Made by a program: the position numbers and the translations under genes
Notes under the pieces: model-generated
What the model saw: the letters and a program-made list of their open reading frames with translations, nothing else
Databases searched by the model: none
Told to the model about the DNA's origin: nothing
Source of the DNA: Candidatus Zixiibacteriota bacterium
GTDB lineage: Bacteria; Zixibacteria; MSB-5A5; CAIYYT01
Direction: 5' to 3'
Assembly: GCA_040235515.1 (NCBI GenBank)
Contig: JBECKX010000086.1
Location: 1 to 42,938, forward strand
Length of the DNA stretch: 42,938 nt
Part shown: in pieces, positions 38,121 through 42,938 of the stretch
Numbering within the stretch: position 1 is the stretch's first letter
How the letters are laid out: every line of letters starts with the position of its first letter

Positions 38121-39320
38121 ATGCCGGTATTTGAATACAAAGGTAAGACCGTTACCGGCTCGCCGGTCGAAGGCGAGCTGAAGGTCAAGGATCGCGGTGA
38201 GCTGGAGCGCATTCTGCGCCGCAACCGCATCCTGGTTGACAAGGTCAATAAGAAGCCGTCTCAGATCACCATCAAGATCGGTTCCGGCATCAAGAAAATC
38301 CACGTTTCGCGCTTCACCCGTCAGTTCGCGACGATGATCGGCGCCGGTCTGCCAATGGTGCAGTGTCTGGAGATCCTCTCGAAGCAGATGGAAGCCCCGG
38401 AATTCCGGAAGGTGATTACTGAGATCAAGGAAGCTGTGTCATCCGGTTCGACCCTTTCCGAAGCGATGAAGAAGCACAACAAAGTGTTCGACGACCTTTA
38501 CGTCAACATGGTTGAAGCCGGTGAAATGGGTGGTGCACTCGATACGATCCTCGTGCGACTCGCCAACTATCGCGAGAAGGCAGACGCTCTCGCCCGCAAG
38601 ATCAAGGGTGCGATGGTTTATCCGGCGGTCGTCTCGATCGTGGCGACCGGTGTGACTATCGCGATGTTGACCTTCATCGTGCCGATTTTCGCCAAGATGT
38701 TCGAGAACCTCGGTGCCGAACTCCCGGCCCCCACGCAGTTCATCCTGGCGATCTCCGAGATCATCCAGTCATACTTCCTGCTCGGAATCGCGTTCGTCGT
38801 TGCCGTGATAGTCGGTTTGAAGTTGATGCTGCGCAACGAGGATGGTCGATTCTACTTCGACAGGTTTATGCTGAAATCGCCGGTGTTCGGTAACCTGATT
38901 CGCAAGGCTGCGGTCGCCAGGTTTACGCGAACGCTGGGAACCCTGATTCAGTCAGGTGTGACCATTCTTGACGCCCTGGAGATCACGGCCAAGACAGCCG
39001 GCAACATGGTGCTGCAGCGTGCAATCAAGAAATCGGTGCTTTCGATCGCGGAGGGTGATACCATCACCAATCCGCTCAAAGACTCCGGCGTGTTCCCACC
39101 GATGGTTATCCAGATGATCGGCGTCGGTGAGAAAACCGGTGGTCTCGACGACATGCTCAGCAAGATCGCTGATTTCTACGATGAGGAGGTTGACGCCGCC
39201 GTCAGCGCCCTCACTTCGCTGATCGAACCGGTGATCATCGTCTTCATGGGTGTGGTAATCGGTGGTATCCTTATCGCCATGTACCTCCCGATGTTCGACA
39301 TCATCGGTCAGATCAACTAA
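38121..39320 (+). CDS. pilC: Type IV pilus platform protein PilC (T2SS F family)
   Basis: FTRQFATMI.AGLP, AGE.GG.LD, AMVYP, GEKTG.LD.ML..IADFYDEEV and EP..I....YLPMF. Confidence 0.95.
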   Translation: MPVFEYKGKTVTGSPVEGELKVKDRGELERILRRNRILVDKVNKKPSQITIKIGSGIKKIHVSRFTRQFATMIGAGLPMVQCLEILSKQMEAPEFRKVITEIKEAVSSGSTLSEAMKKHNKVFDDLYVNMVEAGEMGGALDTILVRLANYREKADALARKIKGAMVYPAVVSIVATGVTIAMLTFIVPIFAKMFENLGAELPAPTQFILAISEIIQSYFLLGIAFVVAVIVGLKLMLRNEDGRFYFDRFMLKSPVFGNLIRKAAVARFTRTLGTLIQSGVTILDALEITAKTAGNMVLQRAIKKSVLSIAEGDTITNPLKDSGVFPPMVIQMIGVGEKTGGLDDMLSKIADFYDEEVDAAVSALTSLIEPVIIVFMGVVIGGILIAMYLPMFDIIGQIN

Positions 39321-39371
39321 ACTCGGGTCGCGACTCGAATCCACCCGGGAGATCACATTTCGAGAAACACT

Positions 39372-39405
39372 CGGCCACCCTTGTCTTGACAAGGGTGGCC
39401 GTTCT
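39372..39405 (+). terminator. Perfect 14-bp hairpin between pilC and pilS (terminator-like)
   Basis: CGGCCACCCTTGTC-TT-GACAAGGGTGGCCG followed by only a weak T tail (TTCT). Confidence 0.5.
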
Positions 39406-39459
39406 CATGCAGTCGGCCGATTAGTAACAATAGGGAAGGATTTCAGGTAACACGGACCG

Positions 39460-41205
39460 GTGACGACAATGGTTAAGCGTAGAAAGCTGAAAGAAGAACT
39501 CCGCAGCTTCTGGTTCATTCCGCTGCGCCTCTCGATCTTCCTGCTGCTCTTCGGAGCCGCCTTCCTCGCGCGCGGAAATCAGGAAGCCGTTTTCTGGCCG
39601 TTCCTTTGCTACTCGCTGGCGACACTGGTGTTCCTGTTCGCGATCGAGGTCGACGCCCGCTTCTTCCGACCCGGCTTCCTCCAGTTCATGATCTTCGTGC
39701 ACTTCGTGTTCGAACTGATCGCGGAAGGCGCGATCCTGAGCAAGTCAACCGCACTCACTTCGCAATATTCGATACTCTTTCTCCTCACGATTGTCTCGGC
39801 GAGTCTGGCGTACAAGCTGGCCGGAACCCTAACAATCGCGACGCTCGCATCGATCACTTATGCCTTCACATCGAGTTTCAACGAAGTCTTCGAGTCGCTC
39901 GACACCGTAACGCTGGAGACACTCAAACAGGCGCTGCAGACGAATGATGAGGTGTTCTACGCCATCTTCCTGCACGTATGCACATTCTACCTGATTGCAT
40001 TCATCTCGGGATTCTTAGCTCAGAAATTGAGGGCGAAGGAGGGCGAGCTGTCGCAGGCATCTCAGGTGCTCGAGCGTGTACAGCTTGACACCGACGAGAT
40101 ATTGCTGAATCTGCATTCCGGTCTTATCACAATCGACAGCATCGGTCGAGTCGTCTACTTCAACCGTGCGGCGGAGGCGATCCTCGGCTACCGGCAATCC
40201 GAGGTTCGAGGACGGCATTTTCTCGACATCTTCAACGACCAGATGCCCGATTTCTGTGAGCAGGTCCTCTCGGTATTGAAGGATGCCAAACCGAATATCC
40301 GCACCGAAGTTGAGATCATGACTCCGGCGGGGGAAGTCCTTCCGCTGGGGCTAACGGCTTCCGTGCTCGGTGATCAGAGGATCGGTGTGCGTGGTGTGGT
40401 CGCGATCTTCCAGGACCTGACGCAGGCGAAGGAGATGGAGAACGCCCTGATCAAAGCCGACCGGCTGGCTGCCGTGGGTGAGTTGTCGGCACGCATCGCC
40501 CACGAAATCCGCAACCCGCTAGCATCGATTTCCGGTTCCGTCGAAGTTTTGCGGAAGGAGATTGAGGTAGGCGGCGACAACGCTCGCCTGATGGAGTTGA
40601 TCGTCAAGGAATCGGAGCGGCTCTCGCGCGTGCTGAACGACTTCCTCAACTACGCGCGCCAGAGACCGGAGCGGTCAGACAAAGTTGAGTTGGTGTCGCT
40701 GCTCAGTGAAGTCACGGAGTTGTTGAAGAACTCGATCAACATGCCCGCTAAGGTGGAACTCCACCTACACACGCCGGCCAGTACGGAGTATGTAGTGGGT
40801 GACGAGGATCAAATCAAACAGATCATCAACAATCTCGTGACCAATGCTATCGAAGCGGCCAACCCAGAGACCGGCCAGGTCAATGTCTCGATCTGCGAGA
40901 ATCCCGACGACGAACGCCATCCTGCGTCGCGCTGGGTTGAAATCCAGGTGACCGACGACGGCGCCGGCTTCGGCGAGGATGTCAGAAGACGCCTGTTCGA
41001 ACCATTTTTCTCGCGCAAGAAGGGCGGCACCGGGCTCGGTCTCGCAATCGTCAAACGCTGTGTCGACAACGTAAGAGGTGAGATTGAAGTCGAATCGGCC
41101 AGCGGAGCCGGAACGCGCTTTCGGGTCTATCTCCGTCGTTACCAGGCGAGTCGATCAGAGGCAGAGGAAGAGCCGCAGACATCTCAAGCGGTCGAGACTC
41201 CCTGA
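39460..41205 (+). CDS. pilS: PilS-like membrane PAS sensor histidine kinase
   Basis: TM N-terminus, PAS (FNRAAE.ILG), H-box AHEIRNPL, N-box NL..NA and G boxes D.G.G / FEPFFS / GTGLGL. Follows pilC. Confidence 0.8.
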   Translation: MTTMVKRRKLKEELRSFWFIPLRLSIFLLLFGAAFLARGNQEAVFWPFLCYSLATLVFLFAIEVDARFFRPGFLQFMIFVHFVFELIAEGAILSKSTALTSQYSILFLLTIVSASLAYKLAGTLTIATLASITYAFTSSFNEVFESLDTVTLETLKQALQTNDEVFYAIFLHVCTFYLIAFISGFLAQKLRAKEGELSQASQVLERVQLDTDEILLNLHSGLITIDSIGRVVYFNRAAEAILGYRQSEVRGRHFLDIFNDQMPDFCEQVLSVLKDAKPNIRTEVEIMTPAGEVLPLGLTASVLGDQRIGVRGVVAIFQDLTQAKEMENALIKADRLAAVGELSARIAHEIRNPLASISGSVEVLRKEIEVGGDNARLMELIVKESERLSRVLNDFLNYARQRPERSDKVELVSLLSEVTELLKNSINMPAKVELHLHTPASTEYVVGDEDQIKQIINNLVTNAIEAANPETGQVNVSICENPDDERHPASRWVEIQVTDDGAGFGEDVRRRLFEPFFSRKKGGTGLGLAIVKRCVDNVRGEIEVESASGAGTRFRVYLRRYQASRSEAEEEPQTSQAVETP

Positions 41206-41299
41206 TCGCTGCTGCGTCGATGACCGACGTCGCTTCTACCATTCCTCAACAACTTTCCCCTTGTCCAAGCGTATTCTTCCCGTTACCAGTTAGGCTACG

Positions 41300-42937
41300 A
41301 TGCGCATACTTGAAGATCTGCAATCATGCTCTTACCGCTCGATCCTGCCGGTGCTGTTCGTCACTCTGCTGCTGTTGGCGATTGTCGGCTGTTCGCGGGA
41401 CGGAAATCATGAAGCTGAGGAACGGAAGAGAAGCGAGGAACAATCGATGACCCAGCACAATAACGGCTCAGGTGATGGCAACCCGAAGCGGAATCATCTT
41501 GCGAATGAATCCTCGCCATACTTGTTGCAGCACGCCGATAACCCGGTCGAATGGTACCCGTGGGGGGAAGCCGCACTCGCGAAAGCAAAGGCCGAGGACA
41601 AGCCGATCTTCCTCTCGATAGGTTATTCCGCCTGCCACTGGTGCCATGTGATGGAGCATGAGTCGTTCGAGAATGATACCATCGCCGCCATCATGAACGA
41701 ACACTTCGTCAATATCAAGGTGGATCGCGAAGAACGTCCCGACCTCGACGATATCTATATGACCTTTGTGCAGATGACGACCGGCGGCGGTGGATGGCCG
41801 ATGTCGGTGTTTCTCACACCCGAAGCCAAACCGTTTTTCGGTGGGACTTATTTTCCGCCTCGTGATGCGCACGGACGCCGGGGCTTTCCTAACATCCTGC
41901 TGGCGGTCGCGGAGGCATGGCGAGAGGACAGAGCCAGTATTGTCGAGAGCGCCGATACCGCGGTCGGTTACCTCCAGCAGACCCTCTCACGGAGTCGGGC
42001 ATCAGAGTCGTTTGCCGAAGAGTATCTCGATTCGGCAGTTCAGCAGCTGACCCGGCGCTACGATCCGGTCAACGGCGGGTTCGGTGACGCCCCCAAATTC
42101 CCACCAAGCTTCGCACTGGTCACGCTGTTGAAGGAGTACAAACGCACGGGCAACGATCGCCTGCTCCAGATCGTCACGCACACGCTCGACAAGATGGCCT
42201 ACGGGGGGATGTATGACCAACTCGGCGGTGGATTTCACCGCTACTCCGTCGATGCGCGCTGGTTGGTCCCCCATTTCGAAAAAATGCTTTATGACAATGC
42301 CCAACTCGCAGTGGCTTACTTCCAGGCGTACCGTGCAACCGACAGGCAACTCTACAAGCGCATCGGGCAGGATATCCTCGACTACGTAATCCGCGACATG
42401 ACAGATCGTGATGGGGGCTTCTATTCCGCCGAGGATGCCGACAGTGAAGGGGAGGAGGGCAGGTTTTACGTCTGGACCCCGGAGGAAGTGATCGCAGTGC
42501 TCGGCGACAGGGCGGGCAAGATGTTTTGCGATTACTATGGAGTCACGAACGGCGGTAACTTCGAGGGCAACACCTCCGTGCTCCATGTGCGGGTTACGCC
42601 TGAGGAATTCGCGAAACAGTACAATGTCTCAGTCGATGAACTCCTCGACTCCCTCAATTACTCACGTCGTGAATTGCTGGATGCGAGGAACAAGCGCATC
42701 CATCCCAACAAAGATGATAAAGTTCTCGCCGACTGGAACGGGCTGATGCTCTCGGCATTTGCCGGCGGTTACCAGGTAACAGGTGAAGACAGATACGCCG
42801 CCGCCGCGACGAAATGCGCCGAATTCATAGAGTCACGGATGATCGTTCAAGGCGACCTGATGCGCGTCTACCGCGATGGCAAGACCAAGCAACCGGGGTT
42901 TCTGACCGACTACGCCGCCGTGATTAATGGCCTGGTG
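41300..42937 (+). CDS. yyaL: YyaL/SSP411 thioredoxin-domain (DUF255) protein, 3'-truncated by window edge and absent from the ORF track
   Basis: Manual translation gives [67 protein letters not shown] and [12 protein letters not shown]. Starts at ATG 41300 (lipobox IVGC) or ATG 41447. Confidence 0.92.
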   Translation, partial: MRILEDLQSCSYRSILPVLFVTLLLLAIVGCSRDGNHEAEERKRSEEQSMTQHNNGSGDGNPKRNHLANESSPYLLQHADNPVEWYPWGEAALAKAKAEDKPIFLSIGYSACHWCHVMEHESFENDTIAAIMNEHFVNIKVDREERPDLDDIYMTFVQMTTGGGGWPMSVFLTPEAKPFFGGTYFPPRDAHGRRGFPNILLAVAEAWREDRASIVESADTAVGYLQQTLSRSRASESFAEEYLDSAVQQLTRRYDPVNGGFGDAPKFPPSFALVTLLKEYKRTGNDRLLQIVTHTLDKMAYGGMYDQLGGGFHRYSVDARWLVPHFEKMLYDNAQLAVAYFQAYRATDRQLYKRIGQDILDYVIRDMTDRDGGFYSAEDADSEGEEGRFYVWTPEEVIAVLGDRAGKMFCDYYGVTNGGNFEGNTSVLHVRVTPEEFAKQYNVSVDELLDSLNYSRRELLDARNKRIHPNKDDKVLADWNGLMLSAFAGGYQVTGEDRYAAAATKCAEFIESRMIVQGDLMRVYRDGKTKQPGFLTDYAAVINGLV

Positions 42938-42938
42938 G

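Noticed and set aside
41632..41646. CHWCH as a heme c motif in YyaL
   Set aside because: It is the family's thioredoxin-like CxxC motif.

Overview
A gene-dense, moderately GC-rich bacterial chromosome segment, almost all on the + strand. It is a diderm (LptE, PorV/PorQ-type barrel, S8 protease with a T9SS/FlgD-Ig-type C-terminus). An FCB-group lineage such as Zixibacteria is my inference only. Left to right it carries: partial hutI, lptE, a porV-like barrel and two lipoproteins; three tandem paralogous collagen-repeat/EB_dh(DOMON)-like lipoproteins; a GNAT, comM, glutamate dehydrogenase, the S8 protease and a divergent sucCD; an ansA-HD-tnaA block flanked by REP-like hairpin clusters, including a 236-bp tandem duplication; a LiaF-like gene, argF, a lipoprotein and a probably leaderless thioesterase; a sigma54-driven RNase H-like protein lacking its first catalytic Asp, a beta-propeller, rpsT/murJ and comEC. 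Next comes a putative polarity module (DUF4388, membrane protein, TPR-roadblock, TM-roadblock, roadblock, MglA with a long tail ending in a polybasic/aromatic anchor, MglB) directly upstream of pilB-pilT-pilC-pilS, and a truncated YyaL-family gene. I saw no rRNA, tRNA, CRISPR array or transposase. The best candidates for an undescribed system are the Mgl/roadblock-type IV pilus module and the collagen-EB_dh lipoprotein triplet. All calls are by-eye motif recognition; no searches were run.
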